Source: an uncultured delta proteobacterium (GTDB taxonomy: Bacteria > Myxococcota_A > Polyangia > Fen-1088). From it: a DNA stretch of 64,000 bases. Shown piece by piece: positions 38,080 through 47,614 of this stretch. The position numbers were made by a program, and so were the translations under genes. Location: positions 1,408,001 to 1,472,000 of the forward strand of contig CAVYGB010000010.1 in NCBI GenBank assembly GCA_963767925.1. Direction: 5' to 3'. Every line of letters begins with the position of its first letter. The stretch's first letter is position 1. The notes under the pieces are model-generated. The model worked only from the letters and a program-made list of their open reading frames with translations. It was not told the DNA's origin and searched no databases.

Positions 38080-38732
38080 CAGCCGGCCGCGCCCGGCAGC
38101 GCGGCCAGGGTGGTCTTCACCCCGGGGTAGCCGAGCAGGTACCAGCGCCACCAGCCGGCCATCATGGTGCCGTGGCCGATGAGGATGAAGACGTGGCTCC
38201 ACATCTCGACAACGTCCGAGCGCCGGCTGAGGTAGCGGCGCCAGTGCATCGCCTCGTCGACCAGGCTGTAGATGAAGGACAGCGCGGTGAGCACGCCGGC
38301 CACCAGGGCCAGGCCGGTGCGCTGGGGGTAGGCGGCGATGAGGAACACGCAGGCCCCCACCCCGGTCGTGATGGTGACGTGGTGGACCAGGGCCTCGCCG
38401 CCGCGCAGGACCTCCTTGTAGACGGTGCGGTGGCCGATGGTGTCGACGGCGATGGCGACGGTGAAGATGGCGGCGCCGACCGGCAGCAGGTAGGCCTCGG
38501 CGGGGAAGACCGCGCCGGCGCGGGCGCCGAGGGCGAGGAAGGCCGAGCTGACGATGGCCAGACCGCCCATCACCCCCACCCAGGCCAGGTAGACCACCCA
38601 GTCGACCGGCTGGAACTCGCGAAAGCGGCCGAAGTAGATGCGCAGCGGACCGGGCCCGGATCGGACCGCGGGGCGGGAGGGGGCGCGGTGGGGGGCGTGG
38701 TGCGGGATCCGGTGGGGGTCGATGGCGATCAT
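38079..38732 (-). CDS. Unknown integral membrane protein with a duplicated D-x3-H...E-x3-H motif
   Basis: About five hydrophobic helices; DTIGH..EALVHH and DEAMH..EMWSH; ATGA-coupled to crtB. Confidence 0.75.
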   Translation of the reverse strand: MIAIDPHRIPHHAPHRAPSRPAVRSGPGPLRIYFGRFREFQPVDWVVYLAWVGVMGGLAIVSSAFLALGARAGAVFPAEAYLLPVGAAIFTVAIAVDTIGHRTVYKEVLRGGEALVHHVTITTGVGACVFLIAAYPQRTGLALVAGVLTALSFIYSLVDEAMHWRRYLSRRSDVVEMWSHVFILIGHGTMMAGWWRWYLLGYPGVKTTLAALPGAAG

Positions 38733-39760
38733 GGGAGCGGCTCCGGCAGGTTCAGGAAGGGCAGCGGCAGCGGGCCGGGCAGCGACGGCCGCAAGCGGGC
38801 GGCCGGGCGGCGCGAGGCCCGCCGGTAGAGGGCCACGTCGAAGCAGGCCCGCGCGGCCAGGACCAGCTTGCGCCAGCGCGGGACCACCACCCGGGGGCCG
38901 GCCACGTCGCAGCCGCGGGCGGCGAGCCGCTGGCCGATGGCGCTGTAGATCAGGCGGGCGGCGCGCACGGCGATGGCCGAGCGGCCCGCGAGGGCGGCCA
39001 GGCCGGCGTCGCCCCAGCGGTAAAATGGATCGGCGGCGGCGAGCAGCGCGGGCACCGCCCCGCTGAGCAGGGCGGCCGACCCGGCGTCGAGGGGCCGGCC
39101 GGGCAGCAGCGAGGGGCCGGCGCGGCCGAGCGCCTCGAGCGGGATGTACATGCGCCCGCGCGCCCAGTCCTCGGCGACGTCGCGGGCGATGTTCGTGAGC
39201 TGCATGGCCATCCCCAGGGCGGCGGCGTGGCGGGCGGCCCGGGGGTCGCGGGTGCCCATCACCTGGCACATCATGAGGCCGACGGTGCCGGCCACCCGGT
39301 AACAGTAGAGGAGCAGCTCGGACCAGCTCTGGTAGCGGATGGGCAGCGGGCGGGCGTCCATGGCGAACCCGGCGATCAGCTCGTCGACGTGCTCGCGCGC
39401 GATGGCCCGCCGGACCACCACCTCCTGGAAGGCGGCCAGCATGGGATCGTCCTGGGCGGCGCCCGCGAAGAGGCCCCGAGCCTCCTCCTGCAGCAGGGCC
39501 ACCGCGGCGGCGACCTGCCCCGGGGCGGCCCCGTCGACGAGATCGTCGGCCCGCCGGCAGAAGGCGTAGACCACGGCGGCGTCGTCGCTGCAGCGGCGGG
39601 AGAGCAGCTTGCCGGCCAGGGCGAAGCTCTTCGAGCCCCGGGCCAGCGCGGCGTGAGCGTGGGCCCGGCCCGTGTCGGGCGGATGGTCGGGCGGCTTGTG
39701 GGCCGGGGCGGGGGTCGGCGTCCCGGCATGGGCCAGGGCGCCGGCGGGCGGGGCGCTCAT
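38729..39760 (-). CDS. crtB: Phytoene synthase
   Basis: SKSF, YAFCRRADDLVD, YCYRVAGTVG, QLTNIARDVAED. Confidence 0.93.
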   Translation of the reverse strand: MSAPPAGALAHAGTPTPAPAHKPPDHPPDTGRAHAHAALARGSKSFALAGKLLSRRCSDDAAVVYAFCRRADDLVDGAAPGQVAAAVALLQEEARGLFAGAAQDDPMLAAFQEVVVRRAIAREHVDELIAGFAMDARPLPIRYQSWSELLLYCYRVAGTVGLMMCQVMGTRDPRAARHAAALGMAMQLTNIARDVAEDWARGRMYIPLEALGRAGPSLLPGRPLDAGSAALLSGAVPALLAAADPFYRWGDAGLAALAGRSAIAVRAARLIYSAIGQRLAARGCDVAGPRVVVPRWRKLVLAARACFDVALYRRASRRPAARLRPSLPGPLPLPFLNLPEPLP

Positions 39761-41256
39761 GACAAATCCTCGAAGATGGTCCGGGCTGTCGCCTTGGCGG
39801 AGTTGACCACGCCCGGCACGCCGGCCCCGGGGTGGGTGCCGGCGCCGACGATGTACAGGCCGGGGATGTGCGGGTCGCGGTTGTGCGGGCGGAAGAAGGC
39901 GCTCTGCCCCAGGCGCGGGGAGACGGAGAAGGCCGAGCCCTGGAAGGCGCCCAGCTCGCTGGCGAAGTCGAGGGGGGTGAAGATCCGGCGGGTGACGAGG
40001 TGCCGGCGCAGGTCGGGCAGGGTCGGCTCGAGCGAGGCGAGGATGCGGTCGGCGTAGGCCTCCTTCTCCCGCTCCCAGTCGACGCGCGCGTTGCCCAGGT
40101 GGGGGACGGGCGCCAGCACGTAGAAGCCCTCGTGCCCGGGGGGGGCCAGCGCCGGATCGCTCACGGTGGGGGCGTGCAGGTACAGGCTGAAGTCGTCGGG
40201 CAGCGCGGGCCCGTGGAAGATCTCCGCCAGCAGCGGCTGGTAGCGGGGCCCGAACAGCACGGTGTGGTGGGCGACGCCCGGGTACTTGCGGTCGGTGCCG
40301 AAATACACGACGAACAGGGACATCGACCAGTCCATCTTCTCGAGCCGCCGGGCGGTGGCCGCCGCCGGCACGCTGCTCTCGAGCAGGCGGGCGTAGGTGT
40401 GGTGCAGGTCGGCGTTGGAGGCGACGAGGTCGAAGCGCTCCCAGCGCCCGCCGGCGAGCACCCGGTGGGCCGGCCGGCCCCCCTGGGGCTCGGGCAACAC
40501 GCGTTCGACCGGGGTGCCGAGGCGGAGGTCGCCGCCGAGGCGCTGGAACAGCCCGGCCAGCGCGCCGACCAGGGCGCCGGTCCCGCCCCGGGGGAAGTAG
40601 ACGCCCCAGCGCCGCTCGAGGTAGGGGATGAGGGTGTAGATCGCGCTGGTCTCGAAGGGGTTGCCGCCGATGAGCAGGGCGTGGAACGACAGCGCCTGGC
40701 GGACGCGCTCGTCCTTCACGAAGCGGGCGACGGTGGCGTAGACGCTGCGGTGGGCGCCCAGGCGGGCCAGCGCCGGCGACACCTTCACCATGTCGGCGAA
40801 GCGCAGGAAGGGCACGGCGGCCAGCCCCTCGTAGCCGGCCTGGAACACCTCCTGGCTGTAGGCCAGGAAGCGCTCGTAGCCCTCCACGTCCTGGGGGGCC
40901 AGCCGGCCGATGCGGGCCCGCATGCGCCCGGGATCGCCGTCGTAGTCGAGCGACGATCCGTCGGCGAAGGCCAGCCGGTAAAACGGCAGCACCGGCAGCA
41001 GCTCCACCCGGTCGGACATCGACTCGCCGGCCAGGGCGAACAGCTCCTCCAGGCAGCCGGGGGCGGTGATCACGGTGGGGCCGGCGTCGAAGGTGAAGCC
41101 GTCCTGCTGGTAGACGTAGGCCCGCCCGCCGGGGCGATCGCGCGCCTCGTAGAGCACGGTCTGCACGCCCGCCGCCTGCAGGCGGATGGCGAGGGCCAGC
41201 CCGCCGAAGCCGCTGCCCACCACCGCCGCCCGGCGGGCGCGCCCGGCCTCAGCCAT
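39757..41256 (-). CDS. crtI: Phytoene desaturase
   Basis: GSGFGG, FDAGPTVIT, DFSLYLHAP, GAGTHPGAGVPGV. Confidence 0.95.
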   Translation of the reverse strand: MAEAGRARRAAVVGSGFGGLALAIRLQAAGVQTVLYEARDRPGGRAYVYQQDGFTFDAGPTVITAPGCLEELFALAGESMSDRVELLPVLPFYRLAFADGSSLDYDGDPGRMRARIGRLAPQDVEGYERFLAYSQEVFQAGYEGLAAVPFLRFADMVKVSPALARLGAHRSVYATVARFVKDERVRQALSFHALLIGGNPFETSAIYTLIPYLERRWGVYFPRGGTGALVGALAGLFQRLGGDLRLGTPVERVLPEPQGGRPAHRVLAGGRWERFDLVASNADLHHTYARLLESSVPAAATARRLEKMDWSMSLFVVYFGTDRKYPGVAHHTVLFGPRYQPLLAEIFHGPALPDDFSLYLHAPTVSDPALAPPGHEGFYVLAPVPHLGNARVDWEREKEAYADRILASLEPTLPDLRRHLVTRRIFTPLDFASELGAFQGSAFSVSPRLGQSAFFRPHNRDPHIPGLYIVGAGTHPGAGVPGVVNSAKATARTIFEDLS

Positions 41257-42346
41257 AGCTGACCTCCAGGCGCGCGATCTCCTTCTCCACCCGCTCGATC
41301 GCGCCCGAAGGCTGCGGGCCCAGGCGCTCGCGCAGGTGGCGCAGGGCCTCGTGCAGGTGCCAGTGGGCCTCGAGGCGGCCGGGGCCCACCACCAGGCCGC
41401 GCAGGGTCGCCGCCAGCGGCTCGAAGCGATCGGCGCCGGGGGCGCGGGCCAGCGACAGGCGCGCCTCGGCCGACAGCCGCTCGCCCTGCCCCACCAGCTC
41501 GGCGAAGGCCGGGCCGTCGAGCTGGGCGGCGGCCCAGGCCCAGGGCCAGGTGACCCGGCCGTGGCGCAGGTCCTCGTAGCGCTTGCCGGAGGGGGTGCGG
41601 CCCGACAGATTGCCGAGGTCGTCGAGCATCTGCAGCCCCACCCCGAGCGCCCCGCCGAAGTCGGCGAGGGCGGCGGTCACCTCGGCGCTGGCCCCCGCGC
41701 ACAGCGCCCCCGCCTCGGCGGCCAGCGCGAGCAGGCGGCCGGTCTTGAGCGTGCTGATGGTGGTGGCCACGTCGGAGACCCGGGTCTGCGGGATGCTGGC
41801 CAGGCGGGCCCCCAGGTCGAGGGCCTGCCCGAAGTGGCAATCGAGCAGCACCTCGCTGAGCCGGCGGCCGAGGTGCAGCTCGGCGGCGGCGGGCAACCCC
41901 AGGGCGCCCAGCAGGCGGATGGGGGCGAAATACATCCAGTTGCCCGCGTTGAGGGCCAGCGGCAGGCCGTGCCGGCGGTGCACCGCGGGGGCCCCGCGCC
42001 GCTCGCTCGAGTCGTCCTCGATGTCGTCGACGATCATCGACCCGGCGTGGATGATCTCGAAGATCGCGGCCAGGGCGGGCGGGGGATCGCCGGTGCCGCC
42101 GGCCAGGTGGAAGGCGGCCTCGGTGAGGCGGCCGCGAAAGCCCTTGCCCGGGCGCCCGAGGATGTCGAGCACCGGCGCCAGCAGGGCGTCCCGCCACACC
42201 ACCTCCGGCACGCCCGCCGCGGCCGGGCCGAGCGCGCCGAGGCCGGCCGAGGAGAGGACCTGCTCCAGCAGGAGCTGGGCCGCCTCCGGCAGGGGCTGCC
42301 CGCTGGCTGGCTCCGGGCGTCTCTGAGGCAAGAGGGTCATTGTCAC
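41249..42346 (-). CDS. crtE: Polyprenyl (GGPP) synthase
   Basis: GKGFR, HAGSMIVDDIED..RRG, GQALD, LKTG, QMLDDLGN; located in the crt operon. Confidence 0.82.
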   Translation of the reverse strand: MTMTLLPQRRPEPASGQPLPEAAQLLLEQVLSSAGLGALGPAAAGVPEVVWRDALLAPVLDILGRPGKGFRGRLTEAAFHLAGGTGDPPPALAAIFEIIHAGSMIVDDIEDDSSERRGAPAVHRRHGLPLALNAGNWMYFAPIRLLGALGLPAAAELHLGRRLSEVLLDCHFGQALDLGARLASIPQTRVSDVATTISTLKTGRLLALAAEAGALCAGASAEVTAALADFGGALGVGLQMLDDLGNLSGRTPSGKRYEDLRHGRVTWPWAWAAAQLDGPAFAELVGQGERLSAEARLSLARAPGADRFEPLAATLRGLVVGPGRLEAHWHLHEALRHLRERLGPQPSGAIERVEKEIARLEVSYG

Positions 42347-43518
42347 ACCGTCTGCAGGGCGGCGAAGGCCGCTCGCAAGGAGACGCCGCGGGGCGGACGG
42401 CCGAGGAGGATCCGGGCCCGGTCGGCGGTGGTGCTGGCGAGCGCGTAGAAGCGGGCGATGCTGGCCGGGGGCAGGCGGTAAAAGCGGGAGAGGACCTGCC
42501 AGCGATCGGCGGGGGCGACGGCCCGGAACAGCAGGCGGTTCAGGCGCCGGTAGAAGCGGGCCTGCGCCTGCACGCTCCGGTGCAGGGCGGCCAGCGCGGG
42601 CAGCGCTTGCTCCGGCCCCTGGGCGGCCAGGGTGGCGGCGACCCGCACCGCCACGGGCAAGGTGTAACCGGTGGTGGGGTGCAGCCAGCCGCCGCGCGCG
42701 CCGAGCCGCACCGGCGAGCCGAGCGGCGGCGAGGCCCCGTCGGAGAAGGGGATGCCGAGCACGCCCGTCTCCTCGCGCAGCACCCGGCGCACGCGGATCC
42801 CCCGGCGCTCGAGGTAGGCCAGGGCCCGCCCGCGCACCAGGGCGAGGTCGAGCTCCGGTCCGTCGCTGTAGTAGGTGTCCTCGATCAGCAGGCGGGTCGG
42901 GGACAGCGGGAGCAGGTACAGGAAGCGGAAGCCGTCGAGCTGGGGGACGCAGGCGTCCATGATCAGCGCGGTCTCCGGATCGATGGGGGCGGCGGCGGCG
43001 GTGGCGTCCTCCACCTCGACCTCGAGGCCGACGAACTTCTGGAAGCCCTCGTTCTCCACCCAGCGGGGCGGCGGCGGGGGACCCCGGCCGTCGAGGACCA
43101 GGCCGGCGCGCAGGCGACGCCCGTCGTCGAGCTCGACCCCGCCGGCGGTCATCGCCACCACCTGGCGACCGAGCAGGAGCTGGCTGCCGCCTGCGGCGTC
43201 GGCGGCGAAGGCGGCCTTCACGGCGGCGGCCAGCGAGGCCGAGGTGAGGGAGGCGTAGCCGATCGGCAGGGTGCGGGTGTGATCGGGGAAGGCCACCGCC
43301 ACCTTCGACCAGCGGCGTACCACCAGCGGATCGAGCAGGGCGGCGCCCGCCTCGTCGACGTCGCTGGCGTGGAACGACCAGGTGTGGTTGCCACCGAGGT
43401 CGGGCCCGGCCTCGACGAGAGCCACCCGTAGGCGCGGGCGGCGCCGGCGCAGGGCCAGCGCGCAGAGTCCCCCGGCCAGCCCGCCGCCGACGATGACGAC
43501 GTCGGCGACGTCGCTCAC
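42343..43518 (-). CDS. crtY: Lycopene beta-cyclase
   Basis: GGGLAG, GGNHTWSF, FQKFVG, QLDGFRFLY, EDTYY, HPTTGY, GRPP. Confidence 0.92.
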   Translation of the reverse strand: MSDVADVVIVGGGLAGGLCALALRRRRPRLRVALVEAGPDLGGNHTWSFHASDVDEAGAALLDPLVVRRWSKVAVAFPDHTRTLPIGYASLTSASLAAAVKAAFAADAAGGSQLLLGRQVVAMTAGGVELDDGRRLRAGLVLDGRGPPPPPRWVENEGFQKFVGLEVEVEDATAAAAPIDPETALIMDACVPQLDGFRFLYLLPLSPTRLLIEDTYYSDGPELDLALVRGRALAYLERRGIRVRRVLREETGVLGIPFSDGASPPLGSPVRLGARGGWLHPTTGYTLPVAVRVAATLAAQGPEQALPALAALHRSVQAQARFYRRLNRLLFRAVAPADRWQVLSRFYRLPPASIARFYALASTTADRARILLGRPPRGVSLRAAFAALQTV

Positions 43519-44174
43519 CGGTCCCCCCCCCGCCTCACGATGCGCTCGGCGATCTGCCGCCACTCGGGCGCCTCGGGGTGGTCCTGCTCGGAGATCGGGT
43601 TTTGCAGATATCGGCGGGCCAGGCCGACCGCGCGGGGCCGGTCGCCGTCGTCGTAGTAGAAGTCGGCCGCCAGCACCTGGTTGGGCGGGTAGTCGCCGGC
43701 CCGGGCGAGGGCGCGTTCCCAGTACAGGCGGGCCTTCTTCATCGAGCCGATCGAGATGATGCCGGGCGCCTTGTGGTAAAGGCGGCCCAGCGTCCGGGCG
43801 GCGGCGGCGTGGTCGTGCTCGGGCGCGCTGCCCTCGAGGGTGAGCAGCAGCCGCTCCATCTCGGGCAACACGCGCAGGGCCAGCAGCTTGCCGCGCTCGA
43901 GGGCCTCGCCGCCGAGGTTGGCGGCCAGCCAGAGCAGGCCTTCCGGGTCCTGCCCGTCGACCGCGAGCCGGGTCCGCGCCGCCTGGATGCCCGAGGCGAA
44001 CAGCCGCTTGCGCGCATCGGAGTCGCGCGCCCGCTGGCCGGCGAGGTATGCCTCTCGCCCCGCGTCCTCGCCGCCTGTTCGCGTCACGCCGCCGCCCTGG
44101 GCGCCGTCCAGGCGGATGGCGGTTGACATGGACAGCACCAGCGCCGCACCGCTGACCATCTTCCTTGTGACCAT
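43515..44174 (-). CDS. TPR / TRAP TatT-like exported protein
   Basis: Hydrophobic N-terminus; W.A..LG......G...AL, R.LGRLY.KAPG.ISIG...KA; GGAG RBS; GTGA-coupled to crtY. Confidence 0.65.
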   Translation of the reverse strand: MVTRKMVSGAALVLSMSTAIRLDGAQGGGVTRTGGEDAGREAYLAGQRARDSDARKRLFASGIQAARTRLAVDGQDPEGLLWLAANLGGEALERGKLLALRVLPEMERLLLTLEGSAPEHDHAAAARTLGRLYHKAPGIISIGSMKKARLYWERALARAGDYPPNQVLAADFYYDDGDRPRAVGLARRYLQNPISEQDHPEAPEWRQIAERIVRRGGDR

Positions 44175-44247
44175 TTTTGCTCCCGGTCGTTGGATGTCGG
44201 TCGTGCGCCGGCTGCTACAACGGGCCGGGCCTCCGCATCCAAGTACC

Positions 44248-45249
44248 ATGAGGATGGTCGCCAGCGGTAGCCACCTGGAAGATGAGGCGCGCGCCGCGCA
44301 GAGCAAACCGCGGGTGGCGATCAGCGCCTGCCTGCTCGGGCAGTCGGTGCGGTTCGACGGCGGCCACAAGCGCCACGGCTTCCTGTGCGACGGGCTGGGG
44401 CCCCACGTCGCCTGGGACCCCGTCTGCCCGGAGGTGGAGGCCGGGCTGGCGATCCCGCGCGAGGCGCTGCGCCTGGTCGGTCCTATCGATCGGCCGCAGC
44501 TGCGCGGCAACCGCACCGGCCTTGACCGCACCGACCAGATGACGGCGTACGCCCGACAGCGTGTGTCCTGCCTCGCCCAGGCGCCGCTCGATGGCTACGT
44601 GCTCAAGAAGGACTCACCGAGCTGCGGGCTGACGCGGGTTAAGGTGTACGGCGCCGACGGCTCGCCGCCCGACCGCCGGGGGACCGGCCTGTTCGCGCAG
44701 GTCCTGCAAGAACGGCTGCCGGCGCTGCCGCTGACCGAAGAAGGCCGGCTGCAAGATCCCGGGCTGCGGGAGTGCTTCTTGCATCAGGTCTTCACCCACC
44801 ACCGCCTGCGGATCGCCCGCGGCGACGCGCGCGATCCCCGGGCGCTGGTCGAGGCCCACGCCCGGCACAAGTTCCTGCTCATGGCCCACAGCCCGGCCGG
44901 GCAAAAGGAGGCGGGGCGGGTGATCCGCGACCTGCGGAGCGCGCCGCTCGACACGCTCTGGGAGCGGTACCTGGCGGTGGCGATGCGGTCGCTGGCCGAG
45001 CCGGCCTCGCGGGGGAAACACGCCAACGTGCTCCTCCACATCCTCGGCTTCCTGAAGGAAACCCTGGCGCCACCGGACCGCAACGAGATCCTCACGCTGG
45101 TGGAGGAGTTCCGCACCGGGCTGCACGCGCTGGGGGTGCCGCTGGCCATGCTGGCCCACCACATCCGCCGCTGCGGGCTGGAGGGCTGGATCGCCGAGCA
45201 GGTGTATTTCCAGCCGGTGCCCCGGGCGCTCTCCCCCTTCGTCCGCTGA
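44248..45249 (+). CDS. YbgA family (DUF523 + DUF1722) protein
   Basis: ISACLLG..VRFDGGH, VCPEVE.GL..PRE, KKDSPSCG, H...KFLLMAHS, NVL.H..GF.K. Confidence 0.9.
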   Translation: MRMVASGSHLEDEARAAQSKPRVAISACLLGQSVRFDGGHKRHGFLCDGLGPHVAWDPVCPEVEAGLAIPREALRLVGPIDRPQLRGNRTGLDRTDQMTAYARQRVSCLAQAPLDGYVLKKDSPSCGLTRVKVYGADGSPPDRRGTGLFAQVLQERLPALPLTEEGRLQDPGLRECFLHQVFTHHRLRIARGDARDPRALVEAHARHKFLLMAHSPAGQKEAGRVIRDLRSAPLDTLWERYLAVAMRSLAEPASRGKHANVLLHILGFLKETLAPPDRNEILTLVEEFRTGLHALGVPLAMLAHHIRRCGLEGWIAEQVYFQPVPRALSPFVR

Positions 45250-45265
45250 GGCGCGGGCGCTGGAT

Positions 45266-46363
45266 CTAGACCGCGACCACCCGCCCCTCGGCGGTGGCGC
45301 GCTCGGTGGCGAGAGCGAGGTCGCAGGCCCGGTAGATGTCGGCGAGCGGCAGGCCGGAGGGCTTGCCGGCGTAGGTCGCCTCCAGGAAGTCGACGAACAG
45401 TGATCGCGCTTGCGGCAGGGGGTCGATGGGGGTGGGGGGGCGGTCGTTGGTGATGACGGTGACGCCGGTGGCGGACTGGTATTCGACAACCCCCTGCGTG
45501 CCGATCAGCCGCAGGCGGTCGTCGCCGTGCGAGGGGGCCTGCTTCGGGCGCAGGTAATCGAGGTGCATGGTGGCCACCCCGCCGTTGTCGAGCTCGAACA
45601 GCGCGCCGCTGGCCGCGTCCATCTCGCCCATGCCGGGCAGGCCCGGGCGGGTGTGAAAGCCGGTGACCCGGCGGATCTCGCGGCCGCTGGTCCAGCGCAT
45701 GAGATCGATCAGGTGGATGCCGATCCAAGAGATGCTGCTGCCGTAGCTCTCGCGCTTGAGGAACCAGGGGGCGCGGGTCTTGATCTGGTAGGACTTCTGG
45801 GCCGACATCTGCAGCACCTGGCCGATGTCGCCAGCCGCCACCACCCGCTTCATCGCCTGGTAGGGGGCGCCGAAACGCATGGGAAACAGGGCGCCCAGGG
45901 CGACCTTGCGGGTGGCCACCGCGCGCTTGACCTTCTCGAGGTCGGGGCGGGTCAACGCCAGCGGCCGTTCGGCCAGCACGTCGAGGCCCCGGTCGACGCT
46001 GGCCAGGATGGCGGCGGCCCGCGCCCCGTTGCTGTTGTTGATGGCGACGAGGTCGAGCTTCTCCCGGGCGAGCAGGTCGCGGTAGTCCGGGTAGGCCTTG
46101 GCCTTCGCCAGCCGGGGGTTGGCCGCGAACTGCGCCCGCAGCGCCGGGTCGGGATCGGCGAGCGCGACAACCTCGACGTCGGGCACCCGCTCGAGGTGGT
46201 TGGTCACCTCGCCGACGTGGCCCGCCTCGAGCCCCAGGAGGCCGAGGCGGATCCGGCGCGGCAGGCGGACGGTGTCGCGGGCGGGCGGCTCGGCGGCGAA
46301 GGCGGCGGCGGCGACGAACAGCTTGCGGCGGCTCAGCCCGGGCGGGCGGCTGGTGGGCGTCAT
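45266..46363 (-). CDS. Gfo/Idh/MocA family oxidoreductase with a Tat-like signal
   Basis: LSRRKLF; Rossmann start, AERP in place of the usual EKP, GIHLID. Confidence 0.8.
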   Translation of the reverse strand: MTPTSRPPGLSRRKLFVAAAAFAAEPPARDTVRLPRRIRLGLLGLEAGHVGEVTNHLERVPDVEVVALADPDPALRAQFAANPRLAKAKAYPDYRDLLAREKLDLVAINNSNGARAAAILASVDRGLDVLAERPLALTRPDLEKVKRAVATRKVALGALFPMRFGAPYQAMKRVVAAGDIGQVLQMSAQKSYQIKTRAPWFLKRESYGSSISWIGIHLIDLMRWTSGREIRRVTGFHTRPGLPGMGEMDAASGALFELDNGGVATMHLDYLRPKQAPSHGDDRLRLIGTQGVVEYQSATGVTVITNDRPPTPIDPLPQARSLFVDFLEATYAGKPSGLPLADIYRACDLALATERATAEGRVVAV

Positions 46364-46392
46364 CCTGGCATCACCTCCGGGCGGAGAGCGCT

Positions 46393-47409
46393 TCAGAAGG
46401 GGGAGAGGCTGAGGCCCAGGCCGGCGGTCCAGGGCTGCATCTTGCCGCGGACGTCGAAGGGCAGCGAGGCGCCGACCAGCAGGGCGAAGTAGTCGGTGGC
46501 CCACTCGATCGAGGCGTTGGCCGAGACGGTGAGCAGCGGCAGGTCCTGCACGCGCTCCTGATCGCGGTCGTCCTCCTTGATCCCGGTGACTGTCAGGCCG
46601 GCCACCGGCACGAAGGGTCCCAGCAGGTAGCCGGCGTAGGCGTAGGCGCTGGCGCTGGGGGCGCGGTAGCTCTGCAGCTCGTTGGTGCCGCCGCGGTAGT
46701 CGACGGTGGCGCCGACGACGGCGGGGCCCCACAGGTTGTCGAAGGTGTGGTCGATCAGGGCGCCGCCGGTGAAGCGGCCGTGCCCCATCTGCTTGTCCTG
46801 GCGCAAGATGGCCGAGCGGTTCTCGGCCCGGTGGCCCCCGGTGGGCAGGCCGACCGTGAGGGTGAGGCTGGTGGCGTTGATGGCCCCCAGGCGGCGGGTG
46901 AGCAGCACGCTCGTGTCGCCGAGGCCCTCGTTCGAGATGTCGAAGCCGAAGCCGTAGGGATCGCGCCAGTACTTGTACAGCCAGGGGATGCTGACGCCGA
47001 GGTTCCACTTGTCCCCGAGGTCGGTGTTGACCAGCGTGTTGACGACGTAGTTGTAGCCGTCGTCGAGCTGGACGAAGTTGGCCTGGCACTGGGCCTGGAA
47101 CAGCCCGCCGCTGACGTTGCGGCCGACCCACTTGATGCCGCCGCCGGTGCCGGTCGAGGCGCCCGCGCCGCAGCCGGCGACGGTCTGCCAGCTCGCGAGC
47201 AAGGGGGTCGCGCCGATCGCCGCGGGGGCGGGCAGCCCGGCGGCGCAGGCGAGCGCGCGGGGGGCGCGGGCGAGCGCGCGCTCGGCGGCGTCGAGGCGGG
47301 TCTGCAGATCGAGGGAGAGCTGCGCCCGCTCGGCGCGCACGGCCGCGAGGGACAGGCCCGCGAGGGCGACGCACGCCACCAGCAACCGTCGGACCGGTAA
47401 CGTATTCAT
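46393..47409 (-). CDS. Outer-membrane beta-barrel protein (transporter-like)
   Basis: Signal peptide, amphipathic strands, GLGD, LPTG, terminal aromatic residue (LSLSPF). Confidence 0.65.
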   Translation of the reverse strand: MNTLPVRRLLVACVALAGLSLAAVRAERAQLSLDLQTRLDAAERALARAPRALACAAGLPAPAAIGATPLLASWQTVAGCGAGASTGTGGGIKWVGRNVSGGLFQAQCQANFVQLDDGYNYVVNTLVNTDLGDKWNLGVSIPWLYKYWRDPYGFGFDISNEGLGDTSVLLTRRLGAINATSLTLTVGLPTGGHRAENRSAILRQDKQMGHGRFTGGALIDHTFDNLWGPAVVGATVDYRGGTNELQSYRAPSASAYAYAGYLLGPFVPVAGLTVTGIKEDDRDQERVQDLPLLTVSANASIEWATDYFALLVGASLPFDVRGKMQPWTAGLGLSLSPF

Positions 47410-47540
47410 CGGGGGGCAGAGTACATCCATCGGCGCGGGGGTGGGAAGGCTCCCGCGTGGGAGGGCGCGGGGGCGATGGCGGGGGCGTGCCGTGGCCTGG
47501 GTCGGGTGTCGTGGGAATGGCTGGGCTTGGCGCAACGCCC

Positions 47541-47603
47541 CGGGGACGGGGACGGGGACGCGTACCGGTAGCCGTGGCCGTAGCCGTACCCGTCCCCGTG
47601 GGG
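47541..47603. repeat. Short-unit REP-like inverted repeat (ggggac x3 ... gtagcc units ... cccgtcccc)
   Basis: Hexamer tandem units that form an imperfect hairpin between two genes. Confidence 0.5.
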
Positions 47604-47614
47604 CGGGCGAGAGG

